Position numbers and translations under genes: made by a program
Assembly: GCA_965243025.1 (NCBI GenBank)
Contig: CBDETY010000003.1
Coordinates: 2,272,001 to 2,336,000 of the forward strand
Length of the DNA: 64,000 nucleotides
Direction of reading: 5' to 3'
Source: Candidatus Latescibacterota bacterium
Lineage (GTDB): Bacteria > Latescibacterota > UBA2968 > UBA8231
The notes under the pieces: model-generated
The model's database searches: none
The model's input: the letters and a program-made list of their open reading frames with translations, nothing else
What the model was told of the DNA's origin: nothing
Part shown: positions 18,768 through 28,996 of the stretch, piece after piece
How positions within the stretch are numbered: position 1 is the first letter of the stretch
Layout of the letters: every line of letters begins with the position of its first letter

Positions 18768-20639
18768 CTAACGGCCGTCCCGGAGGAGGGTCAGAACCTG
18801 GTTGGCCGCCACCCCGGACAGCTCCTGCACCGCCCCGTCCGGCCAGCGCACCCTCAGCAGGTCGACCTCGGGAGCCGGCCCCAGGCCGAAGTGCAGGCGG
18901 GTGTCGTCCTGGGACAGGTAGCTGCCGCCGGCGCGCACCTCCCGGACCATCCGCAGCCTTCCCGCCCAGGCCGTCACCCGCGCCCCGACCGCATGGGTGT
19001 TGGGGCCCCGGTCCCTGAGCCGCAGAATCAGCCAGTTGCCGCGGCCGCCCCCGTCGTTGCGCAGCAGGGTCGGGGCGGCGTCGAGGTTGGAGACGGCGAT
19101 GTCGAGGTCGCCGTCGCCGTCGAGGTCCCCGAGGGCGGACCCGCGGCTCGACAGCTCGACCTCGAACCCGGGGCCCGAAAGCGGCGAGACGTCGATGAAG
19201 CGCCCCGCACCGGTGTTCTCGTAGAGCTGGTTGGGCTGGCGGTACCTCGTCCCGAGGCCGCCGCGGTCGACCGCCGGGAAGACGTGCCCGTTGGCGACGA
19301 ACAGGTCCTCGTCGCCGTCGTGGTCGCAGTCGAAGAAACCGGCCCCCCAGCCCAGGTACGACAGGCTCGACAGCCCGAGTCCGGCCTTCCAGCTGACGTC
19401 GAGGAAGCCGGCGGGGCCGCGGTTCTCGTAGTAGGTGTTGTGGTCGTGGGAGAAGTTGGTGACGAAGAGATCGAGGTCCCCGTCCCCGTCCGGGTCCCCG
19501 GCGGCAACCCCCATTCCCGACTGCTCCCGCCCGTCCTTCTCGAAGGCCGCCCCGGCGGCGACGGCGATGTCGACGAACCGACCCCCGTCGTTGCGGTAGA
19601 GCACGTTCGGGGTCGAGTCGTTGGCGACGTAGACGTCGAGGTCGCCGTCGTCGTCGTAATCCCCGGCCACCGCGCCGAGGCCGTAGTACTCGTACTCCCG
19701 CAGGCCGGCCTCGTCCCCGGCCTCGGCGAAGACCCACCCGCTTTCCGGCCCCTCGTTGCGGAAGTAGCTGTCCCTTGCCCCGGGCAGCCCGTTGGGCCCG
19801 CAGAACACGTCGGTGAGCCCCCGCCAGTTGCAGTAGGCGTCGCGGTCCTCGGGGACGAAGCCGGGATCGAAGTCGACGTAGTTGGCCAGGTAGAAGTCGA
19901 GGTCGCCGTCGCCGTCGTAATCCCCGAACGCTGCGGCAGACCCCCATCCGGGGTGGGCGACTCCGGCGGCCCCGGCGACCTCCCGGAAGCGCTCCCCTTC
20001 GTTCCGGTAGAGGGCGTTGGCCCCGTAGTTGGCGAGGTACAGGTCGACGCGTCCGTCGCCGTCCCAGTCCGCCGCGGCGACCCCCATGCCCCAGCCGGCG
20101 TGGGCGGCCCCGAGCTCGCCGGCGGCCTCTGCGAAGCGCCACTCCCCGCGGTTGCGGTACAGGGAGGCGCGCGGCTCCTCCCCCTCGGGGAAGCCGCCGA
20201 GGCGGGAGCCGTTGGCGAAGAAGATCTCGAGGTCGCCGTCGCCGTCCTGGTCGAACAGTGCGACCCCCCCGGTGGTGCTCTCGACGATATGCTTCTTTTC
20301 GGCGCCGCCGCCGATTACGGGAATTGTGAGCCCCGACTCGGCGGCGACGTCGACGAAGCGGGCGGGCCCCTCCCCGGGGGCCGCCGAACCGGGGAAACGG
20401 GCCTGGTCCCGGGCAATTGCAGGCCGGGCGAAAAGGTCCGCGGCTGCAACGACAGCTTCCGCCCCGGCGGCAACGGCTGTGCCATGGGGAGAACCGGACC
20501 GACCCGGGGGCACCCGCGTTCCGGAAGAGGGGTCGGACGCTCCCGCCTCAGATCCCGCTCCGGGGGCACCGGCTGCGGCAAGGACGATTCCGAGAAGGGT
20601 CAGCTTCGCGCAAGGAGCCGCGGCCCTGCTCCTGTCCAT
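18768..20639 (-). CDS. CRTAC1/ASPIC-UnbV family protein (FG-GAP repeats)
   Basis: Repeated DxDxDGDLD motifs; C-terminal GGSYLSQDDTRLHFGLG...VRWPDG. Confidence 0.9.
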   Translation of the reverse strand: MDRSRAAAPCAKLTLLGIVLAAAGAPGAGSEAGASDPSSGTRVPPGRSGSPHGTAVAAGAEAVVAAADLFARPAIARDQARFPGSAAPGEGPARFVDVAAESGLTIPVIGGGAEKKHIVESTTGGVALFDQDGDGDLEIFFANGSRLGGFPEGEEPRASLYRNRGEWRFAEAAGELGAAHAGWGMGVAAADWDGDGRVDLYLANYGANALYRNEGERFREVAGAAGVAHPGWGSAAAFGDYDGDGDLDFYLANYVDFDPGFVPEDRDAYCNWRGLTDVFCGPNGLPGARDSYFRNEGPESGWVFAEAGDEAGLREYEYYGLGAVAGDYDDDGDLDVYVANDSTPNVLYRNDGGRFVDIAVAAGAAFEKDGREQSGMGVAAGDPDGDGDLDLFVTNFSHDHNTYYENRGPAGFLDVSWKAGLGLSSLSYLGWGAGFFDCDHDGDEDLFVANGHVFPAVDRGGLGTRYRQPNQLYENTGAGRFIDVSPLSGPGFEVELSSRGSALGDLDGDGDLDIAVSNLDAAPTLLRNDGGGRGNWLILRLRDRGPNTHAVGARVTAWAGRLRMVREVRAGGSYLSQDDTRLHFGLGPAPEVDLLRVRWPDGAVQELSGVAANQVLTLLRDGR

Positions 20640-20757
20640 GAGGCGGCGCCGCCGTCCTGCCCGATGGCCGCTTCCCTGACGGCTGGCAAACTGCGACCGC
20701 ACTGCGAGGCCGGGCCGACCGACGGAGCCAGCCGGCGGGACCGGCCGGCCCTTGCCT

Positions 20758-22494
20758 TCAGGCGGTGAAGAAGGCGACGACGGTCCAGCAGATCGCCGCA
20801 AGGCAGGCCGCGAAGGAGGCCTGTGGGATCTGCGTCTTGACGTGGTCCATCAGGTCGCAGCCGGTGCACATCGAGCTGAGCACGGTGGTGTCTGAGATCG
20901 GCGAGCACTGGTCGCCGTACACGCTGCCGTCCATTACCGCGGCGAAGCAGAGGGTCATGAACAGCTCGGGATGGGCAAGGCCGTGAGCCCCGGCCACCGC
21001 CCAGGCCAGCGGCATGGCCAGCGGGAAGGCGACCGCGTAGGTGCCCCAGCTCGTCCCGGTGGAGAAGGCGATGACCATGGTCATGATCTGCAGCAGCACC
21101 GGCAGCAGGAAGTAGGGAATCGCCTCCCCGAGCTGCTCGACCAGGAAGATGCCGCCCCCCGTCTCCTTGTTTATCCCCCCGATGGTGATGGCGAGCAGGA
21201 GAATGACGGAGCCGAGAACCACCCCCTTGAGGCCGTCGTGGAATCCCGCGACCAGGTCCTTGAGCGACATCCCCTTGGCCAGGGCCATTCCCGCGGCGAG
21301 CAATAGGGCTATGCCGAAGGCCCACTGCACGTTGGGGGAGCCCCTGACGATGAAGGTGCCGACGGCGATGCCGATGAGGGCGATCAGGGGCAGGAAGAAC
21401 TCCAGCACGTGCGGGGTGTAGCCCTCCGGCACGTTGCTTCCCTGCAGCTCCTTGGCGCTCAGGGGGTTGGCCCCTTCGGCGTCGAGCTGCCCGGTGGCGC
21501 GGGAGCGCTCCATCGCCGCCTTGAGCCGCTTGCCGAGGAACAGGGGCCTCTCGACGCTGAGGAGGAAGGTGCCGAGCACGGCGAAGATCGCGTAGAAGCA
21601 GAACGGCACGCTCTGGAAGAAGAAGGTGATGCGGTCCGCCTCGGTGGCGAGGAAGCCGACCCCGGAGACGAAGATGAAAGCCTGGACGTACCCCGGCCAG
21701 GCGTTGAAGGCGAGCTGGGAGGCGATCGGCGAGGCGGTCGAGTCGACGATGTAGGCGAGCTCTTCGTGGCTGACCTTTTCGTTGTCGGCGATCGGCTTGA
21801 CCGTGGTGCCGACCAGCACGGTGCTGACCGTGCCCCCCTGGAAGAAGATGACCCCGAGCGCCCAGGACACGAGCTTGGCGCTGCGCGGGCCGCGCACGAA
21901 GCGCACGGTCATGAATTCGGCGAACGCCTGCGCCGCCCCGGTCCGCGACCAGATCCCCATGAGGCCGCCCAGCAGCCACAGGTAGAGCAGCAGGACCCCG
22001 GCGGAGCTGGTCGTGGCCAGCGAGGGGATCAGCACGTCGCCGGTGAAGTCGTAGCGGCTCAGCACCAGGGCTCCCGACAGGATGCCGCCGAGGAGGGAGG
22101 TGACCGGCTCCCGGGTGAGCCAGCACAGGACCACGGCGACCACCGCGGGCAGCAGGGACCAGAAGCCCCAGTGGTGCTTGGCCAGCAGCTGGTAGTAGAA
22201 GGTCCGGGGCTCCCCCTCCTCCATCCTGACCACGGAGGCGAACTCCTCCTTCACCACCGGGGCCTCGCGCGAGCCTTCCATTCTCTCGGGGTTGAGCCGC
22301 GCGTCTTCGATGGGGACGGCTTCGAAGTAGGCCGGCTTGTCCCGGTATATGTAGTAGAGCCTGCCCTCGCTGTCGCTGCGGGCGTCGAGGGCGATCTGCT
22401 CGACCGTCCAGGTCGGGGCGACGTTGATGCCGATGATCCAGGATACGACCAGGGCGATGGCGAAGACGATGAACTTGCGGATACCGGGGCTCAT
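20758..22494 (-). CDS. NhaC-family Na+/H+ antiporter or amino-acid transporter
   Basis: WSLLPAVVAVVL, LAYIVDSTASP, AFSTGTSWGT, GDQCSPISDTTVLSS. Confidence 0.88.
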   Translation of the reverse strand: MSPGIRKFIVFAIALVVSWIIGINVAPTWTVEQIALDARSDSEGRLYYIYRDKPAYFEAVPIEDARLNPERMEGSREAPVVKEEFASVVRMEEGEPRTFYYQLLAKHHWGFWSLLPAVVAVVLCWLTREPVTSLLGGILSGALVLSRYDFTGDVLIPSLATTSSAGVLLLYLWLLGGLMGIWSRTGAAQAFAEFMTVRFVRGPRSAKLVSWALGVIFFQGGTVSTVLVGTTVKPIADNEKVSHEELAYIVDSTASPIASQLAFNAWPGYVQAFIFVSGVGFLATEADRITFFFQSVPFCFYAIFAVLGTFLLSVERPLFLGKRLKAAMERSRATGQLDAEGANPLSAKELQGSNVPEGYTPHVLEFFLPLIALIGIAVGTFIVRGSPNVQWAFGIALLLAAGMALAKGMSLKDLVAGFHDGLKGVVLGSVILLLAITIGGINKETGGGIFLVEQLGEAIPYFLLPVLLQIMTMVIAFSTGTSWGTYAVAFPLAMPLAWAVAGAHGLAHPELFMTLCFAAVMDGSVYGDQCSPISDTTVLSSMCTGCDLMDHVKTQIPQASFAACLAAICWTVVAFFTA

Positions 22495-22686
22495 CTCGTT
22501 CTCCGGATGAAGAAAGCGGGTGCCTTGTCATTGACATGCCCGCGATTCGGTGGTGGGCCACCGGGCGGTTGCGGCCAGGTGGCCCCTGGGGAAAGCCGCC
22601 CCCGATAAAGCGGGTTGGGTATGCCGTGGTCAAGGGACCGGCCCGGTCTCTGCCGCCGGCTCCGGCGGCCGTTCCCTGCCCCCGGT

Positions 22687-23997
22687 TCAGCCCAGCAGTT
22701 CGAGGACGTTGCGGTGAGGCCGGTTGTCCAGCCCTTTTTCCGGGCCGCTTCCCGGGCCGGGCTGGTAGTCGTTCGGGTAGCGGGCGGCATATTCGCGCGC
22801 GGTCACGTCCCGCAGCGGGGTGGAACCACCCTCGGGACCGGGTACGCGGATATTCGCCCTGACCGCGGGATCCGCCCCGTTTGCGAGAAGCAGCCGCAGC
22901 ACCGGAAAGCTGCGGTTGTGGTTCGAGGCGACGGCGTGAAAGACCGGGGTCTGGTTCCCGAACCCCTCCCCGTCGGGCTGCGCCCTGCCGTTGACGTCCG
23001 CCCCGGCGGCGATCAGGACCCGGGCCGCCTCGAGCGCCCCGTACTCGGCGCAGATATGCAGGAGGGTCGGCCGGTGGAGGGGCGCCCCTCCGAAAAAGCC
23101 GCCGAATCCCGCTCCCCCGTCCTGCCGGAAACCGGAGTGGGCGTCCACGAGCCGGGGATCCCCGGCCAGCCTCGCCCGCAGCAGGTCGATCCGACCCCTG
23201 AGGATGTCCATCTCCGCGCCGTCCGTGTAGCTGGCCCCTGCCTGGACCAGGAGCTCCAGGCACTCCTCGCGGTGCTCGTGCTGGTAGGTGTTCAGGACCA
23301 TGTCGAGGGCGCTTCCGTCCCTGTCCCGGTAGTTCGGGTCGGCCCCGTGCTCGAGCAGAAATCGCAGGCCGTCCGGGTTCAGGCTTTCGCAGGGCCCCAT
23401 GATGGTGCCGCCGCCGTTGTGGGTGGCCGGGTCGACCCCGTGGGCGAGCAGCTCCTCCATCACCGGAACATTCCCCTGCGTGGCGGCGCGTGAGAGGACG
23501 TCGTCCTGCGGGTCCGCCCCGCTTTCGATCAGCAAGCGGACGATGGCGACCTGGTTGGGCCCCTCGGCGTTGTCCCCCGCGGCGAAGCGCAGAGGGGTCC
23601 AGCGCCGGGCGCGGTCGGCGGTCATGTTGACCTCGACGATGTGGGGATGCGCCTCGAGCACCCTGCGCACGCCGACGACGTCGCCGGTGTTGATGGCTTT
23701 GCGCAGCTGTGCGATCTGAGCTGACAGCTCCGGGCCGGGAGCGATCGCCGCGACGAGCCGGGGCCACTCCGGGTAACCGTGCTCCCTGGCGATGACGCGC
23801 CGCGCCTCCTGCAGGGTCAGGTCCGTTTCCGTGTTCCCCCGGGCCGGCTCCCCGGACAGGGGCCGGTAAGTGTCTGCCCGCAACCGTGCCCGCGCTCTGC
23901 CCTCCCGGTAATCCTGCAGCAGGTCTTCGGCCTGCTTCTCGAAATCCGCCAGGCGGGCTTTCCTGGGAAGTCTTTGGGACATGCGGGGTTCGCTCAT
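22687..23997 (-). CDS. Ankyrin-repeat protein with N-terminal helical domain; start may be 23982
   Basis: N-terminal LP...EKQAEDLL...EARRVIAREHGYPEWPRL; ankyrin motifs TPLRFAA, TLLHICA, TPVFHAV, GADP/GADVN. Confidence 0.85.
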   Translation of the reverse strand: MSEPRMSQRLPRKARLADFEKQAEDLLQDYREGRARARLRADTYRPLSGEPARGNTETDLTLQEARRVIAREHGYPEWPRLVAAIAPGPELSAQIAQLRKAINTGDVVGVRRVLEAHPHIVEVNMTADRARRWTPLRFAAGDNAEGPNQVAIVRLLIESGADPQDDVLSRAATQGNVPVMEELLAHGVDPATHNGGGTIMGPCESLNPDGLRFLLEHGADPNYRDRDGSALDMVLNTYQHEHREECLELLVQAGASYTDGAEMDILRGRIDLLRARLAGDPRLVDAHSGFRQDGGAGFGGFFGGAPLHRPTLLHICAEYGALEAARVLIAAGADVNGRAQPDGEGFGNQTPVFHAVASNHNRSFPVLRLLLANGADPAVRANIRVPGPEGGSTPLRDVTAREYAARYPNDYQPGPGSGPEKGLDNRPHRNVLELLG

Positions 23998-24089
23998 GGA
24001 CAAGGCCGGCTCTTCAGAGGAGGCGCCCCCACATCTTCACCGTTGAGATAAGACGGAAAGTGTTTCCGTGATGATCGCGGGATAGAATG

Positions 24090-24290
24090 CCCCGGCCATC
24101 CGGCGACCAGATCGGTCGAGGTGGACGGGTCAGGGGCAATGAAGTTCCGGTTGGTCTTGAAATCCCGCAGCGTCATGTTGGGTTCGCCGATCTCATCCCT
24201 TCGTCGGTAAACCCTTCGCGCAGATCGATCTTCTCCCAGCATCCCATGCGTAAGCTCGTAGAAGCTGTCGGGGACGACGCGCTGCCCGGA
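24090..24290 (-). pseudogene. Frameshifted fragment related to the CBM9-like paralogs at 56.7-59.6 kb
   Basis: Across frames: GQRVVP..FYELT..ML/EKIDLREG..DE/DEIGEPNMTLRDF...DPS, compared with GDRVYPFYEIT...IDVTDGSIEDWEELFGEPSLTSLDF...NPSDLD. Confidence 0.5.
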
Positions 24291-24357
24291 CTCCTCCAGC
24301 GACTTGGGGCGAAGCGCAACCGAAGGTCCCGCAAGGTCGAATTCAGGAGGGACACCC

Positions 24358-25239
24358 TCAATCCTCGGTGACCGTGGCGCTCTGCATGGCCTCGAGCAGG
24401 GTATCGGGGGATAGCCGGAGCCCGAGGATGCAGCAGGGCATGCCCCGGGGTATCTCCAGTCCTTCATCGGTGGCGGCGATCCCCTCGAAGCCGCGCACCG
24501 GCTCGACGGGGATCCTGCGGTTGGGCCGGTCGACGACGAGATCGGCGTGCAGGGTGATCCCCGCGGCGTTCTCCACCGTCACCTTGTTGCAGTCGACGGG
24601 GATCCGGATCCTGCCTGCGGCCCCGCTGTCGTGCCTCCTGAACCCCTCGATGAACAGGCCGACCGAAAAGCCGAGGGGGCTTTCGAACAGGTAGCCCCGC
24701 ACCGGGCTGCCGGGAAGCAGGAAGTGGGTGACGAGCTCCGCTTTACAGAGGAGGCGTTCGTCCGGCACCGTCATGTCGAAGTCGACGAACGGCGGAGTTT
24801 CGAGGCCGAGATGCCGGGCGAGGGCGGTTCCGTATCCGTAGACGCAGCCGGTGAACGACTCCCCCCAGAGCTCCAGCCGGGTGGTCTCGAGGTCGAGGTC
24901 GTGCCCCTTGGCGGCGAGCTGCGCCAGGAAGGAGTCGCTCAGCTCCCGCCGGTAGTCCTCGATCTCCTTGCCGTCGCGCCACTCCGCCCGCGGCTCGATG
25001 ACGCGGTCCTCGCCCAGCTGCTGTCTGGCCCAGGCGAGAAACTCACTTCCCCCGGCGAGCTGGGCGTAGAGGGCATCCGGTTCCAGCTGGCGGACCGCCT
25101 CCCTCCAGCGCCGCTCGCACAGCCGCTCGCGTTCGAGGTAGATGCCGGCGTTGGTGTCGCGCAGGACCCGCGGATCCCGGGCCGCCAGCGAGCTGTAGAT
25201 CATCGAGTGAATCAGGTAGACGACTCTTTTCGCTTTCAT
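24358..25239 (-). CDS. Hypothetical protein
   Basis: Frame with host-like codon usage from ATG 25239 (MKAKRVVYLIH...LELWGESFTGCVYGY). Confidence 0.7.
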   Translation of the reverse strand: MKAKRVVYLIHSMIYSSLAARDPRVLRDTNAGIYLERERLCERRWREAVRQLEPDALYAQLAGGSEFLAWARQQLGEDRVIEPRAEWRDGKEIEDYRRELSDSFLAQLAAKGHDLDLETTRLELWGESFTGCVYGYGTALARHLGLETPPFVDFDMTVPDERLLCKAELVTHFLLPGSPVRGYLFESPLGFSVGLFIEGFRRHDSGAAGRIRIPVDCNKVTVENAAGITLHADLVVDRPNRRIPVEPVRGFEGIAATDEGLEIPRGMPCCILGLRLSPDTLLEAMQSATVTED

Positions 25240-25267
25240 GTCGGCGCATCGGGCGGCCGCGGCCGCC

Positions 25268-26011
25268 TCACTCCCCCGGGAATTGCCCCCGGTACTCCAG
25301 CCCGAGGAGGTCGCGGGAGCGGGCTGCGTTGCAGTGCCGGTCCGCCTCAGGGTGGCTGGCGGTGTGCATGATGTCGAAATCGATGGTTGCGTTCTCCAGG
25401 GCGAGGTGGCAGGCCTCGGCCAGGTCGTGCCGGCACACCCAGCCGATGCCGCCGCGGGCGGGGCTGCCGTCGCGGTTGATGCCGAGCCTGCTGTCGCCGA
25501 TGCCGCAGGGCCGCAGGACGATGACGCGGCTGCCCCAGGCCTCGTGGTACTGGCGGCAGATCTCCTCCTGGAGGCGCTTGGTGATCCCGTAGAGGTCCCC
25601 CTCCATGCTGCGGACCTCCGAGGACAGGAAGACCCCGTCCGGGCGCTGCACCACGCAGGAGCCCATCTGCACCACCCGCCCGAGCCCATGGCGACGTGCG
25701 GATTCCAGGATGTTCCACATCCCCTTCACGTTGACGAGGAACGGCTCGACGCTGTCCTCGGGCGGGACCCCTTCGCCGAAGAAGGCCGACAGGTTGACGA
25801 CCCCCTCCATCCCCTCCAGGGCGCGGTCGATGTCGTGAAAGTCGGCGACGTCGCCGTACACTTTCTCCCCTTCCCAGTCCCCGTCGAAGCGGCGGTACAC
25901 CTCCCAGGCCTCCCGGCTGCGGTCGAAGGCGCGCACCTCGTGGCGGCCGGCGAAGCTTTCCAGCACCGCCCGGCCCACCCATCCGGCGGCGCCGATGACG
26001 GCGACTTTCAC
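25268..26011 (-). CDS. NAD-dependent epimerase/dehydratase (uronate dehydrogenase-like)
   Basis: VAVIGAAGWVG, VNVKG, LYGITK; GGAGG RBS before GTG. Confidence 0.85.
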   Translation of the reverse strand: MKVAVIGAAGWVGRAVLESFAGRHEVRAFDRSREAWEVYRRFDGDWEGEKVYGDVADFHDIDRALEGMEGVVNLSAFFGEGVPPEDSVEPFLVNVKGMWNILESARRHGLGRVVQMGSCVVQRPDGVFLSSEVRSMEGDLYGITKRLQEEICRQYHEAWGSRVIVLRPCGIGDSRLGINRDGSPARGGIGWVCRHDLAEACHLALENATIDFDIMHTASHPEADRHCNAARSRDLLGLEYRGQFPGE

Positions 26012-26151
26012 GGTCTCCCCTCCTCCGTGGATTTTGCGGAAATCATTGGAAATCCCGGGTTGAATCCGGTAATTCTGCGGCACGGGCCAAGCTTCACCGC
26101 CCAGACGGCGGCAACCTCCCCGCCGGCTCGGCCCGAAGAAAGGAGCCTGTC

Positions 26152-26820
26152 ATGGCAGATCGCAGGATAACCGGACTCGCCCCCGGCTTGCTGCTGGCGG
26201 CGCTGGCGCTTTGGGGCTGTCCGGGGTCTCCCTCCCACATGTCGACCCTTCCTTCGGAGGCCCCTCCGCCTCAACCGGGCACCCTGACCGCACAGGTCCC
26301 GGACGGTTCGGGGCTGATCATCGAAGCAGGCAGCACCTACGACCTCACCAGGGAGCTGGAGTTGATTGAGGCAGATTGGGAGCTCGCCGACATGAACCGC
26401 CTGGCCGGTCCCATGATGGCATTCCTCGGGTCGCATGATGATCGCTACATCTCCTCCCAGGTTTCCGATATCCACCGCTCCATCCTGCCGCGGTTGGTCC
26501 GGAAGATCGAGCAATCTCCTCTCCGATACGAACGCTGGAACGGCGCCTTCCGCCTCTCGTTCCACGTCTGGTCGCTCTATTTCATGTTCGAGAACCAGAA
26601 CAGGGTGGTCTGGCCCCATCCCATCTGCTCGACGGAGATCGGCGTTTCCCTGTACGAGACCGCCGGGGACAGTCTGCTCTTCAGACAGGATCCCAACCTT
26701 GTCGTAGAGGTAAGGAAAGAGACTCCCCCAGGCAGGTCGACGCTGGAGCAGGTGTATGAGGAAGCCGCACAGGGGATATTCGAAGCCTTCGACGGGTACT
26801 GGTCCTCCAAGCCGAGGTGA
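26152..26820 (+). CDS. Putative lipoprotein, paralog 1
   Basis: AAGGAG RBS; lipobox LALWGC; clear paralog at 27013. Confidence 0.75.
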   Translation: MADRRITGLAPGLLLAALALWGCPGSPSHMSTLPSEAPPPQPGTLTAQVPDGSGLIIEAGSTYDLTRELELIEADWELADMNRLAGPMMAFLGSHDDRYISSQVSDIHRSILPRLVRKIEQSPLRYERWNGAFRLSFHVWSLYFMFENQNRVVWPHPICSTEIGVSLYETAGDSLLFRQDPNLVVEVRKETPPGRSTLEQVYEEAAQGIFEAFDGYWSSKPR

Positions 26821-27012
26821 TCTTTTGCAACCTCCCGGTCCTCAAGGACCGGGACCGCCGAACGGTCGGCGCGGCGCTTGCCGCCTCTCCCAAACGTGCG
26901 GAATTCATTGGAAATCCCGGATTTTATCCGGTTATTCAGCCGTACCGGCCAGGCTGCACCCCCCGACGGCGGGAACCTCCCCGCCGGCTCGACCCGAAGA
27001 AAGGAGCCTGCC

Positions 27013-27699
27013 ATGGCAGATCGCAGGATAACCGGACTCTCCCCCGGCTTGCTGCTGGCGGCGCTGGCGCTTCTGGGCTGTCCGGGTTCGCCCTCCCGTA
27101 CGTCGACCCCCCCTTACCAGGCTCCCCTGCCGCCGCCAGGCACCCTGACCGAACGGGTTACCCACGGTTCGGGGTTGATCATCGAAGCAGGCAGCAATTA
27201 CGACCTCACAAGGGAGCTGGAGTTGATCGGGGCAGATTGGGAACTCGCCCAAGCTGGCGGGGCCGATGCCATGATGGTATACCTCGGGACCCGTGACAGC
27301 CGCTACATCTCCTCCCAGGTCACGGACATCCATCGCTTCATTCTGCCTCGGTTGAGCCGGAAGATCACACAATCCCCCCTGGGGTTGGAACCGTGGAACG
27401 GGGCTTTCCGCCTCTCGTTCAACGTCTGGTCGCTTTATTTCATGATCGAGACCGATCCCAGGGTGGAGCGGCCCCACCCCAGCTGCTGGATGGAGATCGG
27501 CGTTTCCCTTCACGAGACCGCCGGGGACAGTCTGCTCTTCCGGCAGCAACAACTGATCGTCAGGGAAAGGCATCCCGATCCGATCGGACCGGTAAGTAAA
27601 GAGACTCCCGCAGGCAGGTCGACGCTGGAGCCGGTGCACGAGAAGGCCGCACAGGCGATATTCGACGCCTTCAACGCGTACTGGTCTTCCAGGCCGTGA
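27013..27699 (+). CDS. Putative lipoprotein, paralog 2
   Basis: Same signal peptide (LALLGC) and conserved blocks GSGLIIEAGS.YDLTRELELI, WNGAFRLSF, ETAGDSLLFRQ. Confidence 0.75.
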   Translation: MADRRITGLSPGLLLAALALLGCPGSPSRTSTPPYQAPLPPPGTLTERVTHGSGLIIEAGSNYDLTRELELIGADWELAQAGGADAMMVYLGTRDSRYISSQVTDIHRFILPRLSRKITQSPLGLEPWNGAFRLSFNVWSLYFMIETDPRVERPHPSCWMEIGVSLHETAGDSLLFRQQQLIVRERHPDPIGPVSKETPAGRSTLEPVHEKAAQAIFDAFNAYWSSRP

Positions 27700-27725
27700 C
27701 GATCCTGTAGAACCCCCAGGTCACC

Positions 27726-28964
27726 ATGAACCGCGACCTCCGGACGGTCGGCGCGGCGCTGGCCGCCTCCCTCGCCCTGCACCTGATCCTCATCTCCGTC
27801 CGCCTCGCCGACAAGGAGGCGGAAGTCCGGCGTTTTCACATCCGCAAGTGGCCGGACCTGTTCTGGACGCCGCGATTCCAGGCCACCGACCCGGACCTTC
27901 CCGACCCCCTGATGGACAAGCTCGCGTCCCCGTCCCCTTCCCATCCCCGCACCCGTCTCGACCACTCCCCTTCCATCCTCCCGATACCGCGGATCTACCT
28001 GCCCGAAAGACTCGGCGAACCGGCGGGAACCGGGGCGCGGCCCGAGGAGTTCGTCGCCGGCGACCTCGGCCTGCCCACCCTGGAGGAGCTGGAGATGGCC
28101 GCGGCGCTCCGCAAGAGGAGGTGGGAGCGCTACGAGCGCTTCGCCTACCTGCCGCTGGCGCTGATCGACTCGACGACAGCGGGCCAGCGCATGGCGCGGC
28201 GGATCGTCATGAGGGCGGTCGGGGCGATGGGAGGAGTAGCCGCACTGGCGAGAATCACCCGGTTGCAGAAGCGGGTGTGGGTCGAGGCGCACGAGCACGT
28301 GGCCGGGCGCCGGACCATCCCCAAGAAGATGTTCCTCTACCCGGTGGAGACCTGGCACGCCTCCGGGCTCGACTCTCTCGACAAGCGTCCGGTCCCCATC
28401 GAGGTTTCGTACGACCTGGATCGCCCCAACGCCGAGTACCAGGTGTACAATCCCGCCAGGACTCTGGAGAAGTACGGCCGGCTGATTGCCTCCGTCTGGC
28501 ATTCCTGGCCGCTTATGCCGGATGAGGCGATGGAGCTCAGGCGCCGCGGACGGAAGACCCGATGGCACTTCCTTGATCGATTCCTGGGTGAGGGTATCGG
28601 GCTCGAGTACCTCGGCCGGGAACATCTGCAGCGGGACCGCAGCAGGAACGTTACCGGCCGCGCGAGGGTGGACGTCGTCGAGGTGAGGGACTACGAGTTC
28701 GGCACCTACCTGCAGGCGAGTTTCGACGTCGAGACCGGGTTGCTCGTCGCCACCCGGGAAGGACTGAACCCCGCCGAGGAAGACTGGTACCGCCCGCGGT
28801 TCCCGGGGGAACCTCCGGCCTGGACCACTGAGTACGGCGATTACCGGCCTGTGCAGGACGTGCTTATGCCCCACCGGATGGAGGCCTACGACGACTGGCC
28901 GCTCAGGGTCGTACTGAGGCTCGAAATCGCCGCGAACGACGATACTCTCCGCTCCCTGCCCTGA
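27726..28964 (+). CDS. Membrane-anchored hypothetical protein (possible LolA-like C-terminal half)
   Basis: N-terminal TM ALAASLALHLILI; AVGAMGGVAAL...FDVETGLL...YGDYRPVQDVLMPHR resembles lipoprotein-sorting-like folds. Confidence 0.65.
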   Translation: MNRDLRTVGAALAASLALHLILISVRLADKEAEVRRFHIRKWPDLFWTPRFQATDPDLPDPLMDKLASPSPSHPRTRLDHSPSILPIPRIYLPERLGEPAGTGARPEEFVAGDLGLPTLEELEMAAALRKRRWERYERFAYLPLALIDSTTAGQRMARRIVMRAVGAMGGVAALARITRLQKRVWVEAHEHVAGRRTIPKKMFLYPVETWHASGLDSLDKRPVPIEVSYDLDRPNAEYQVYNPARTLEKYGRLIASVWHSWPLMPDEAMELRRRGRKTRWHFLDRFLGEGIGLEYLGREHLQRDRSRNVTGRARVDVVEVRDYEFGTYLQASFDVETGLLVATREGLNPAEEDWYRPRFPGEPPAWTTEYGDYRPVQDVLMPHRMEAYDDWPLRVVLRLEIAANDDTLRSLP

Positions 28965-28996
28965 ATCCCCTCCCCTGGGACAGGCCTCCCGCAGGT

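Noticed and set aside
22495-22686. Lysine riboswitch or T-box upstream of the NhaC gene
   Set aside because: No recognisable conserved motifs by eye; an Rfam scan would be decisive.
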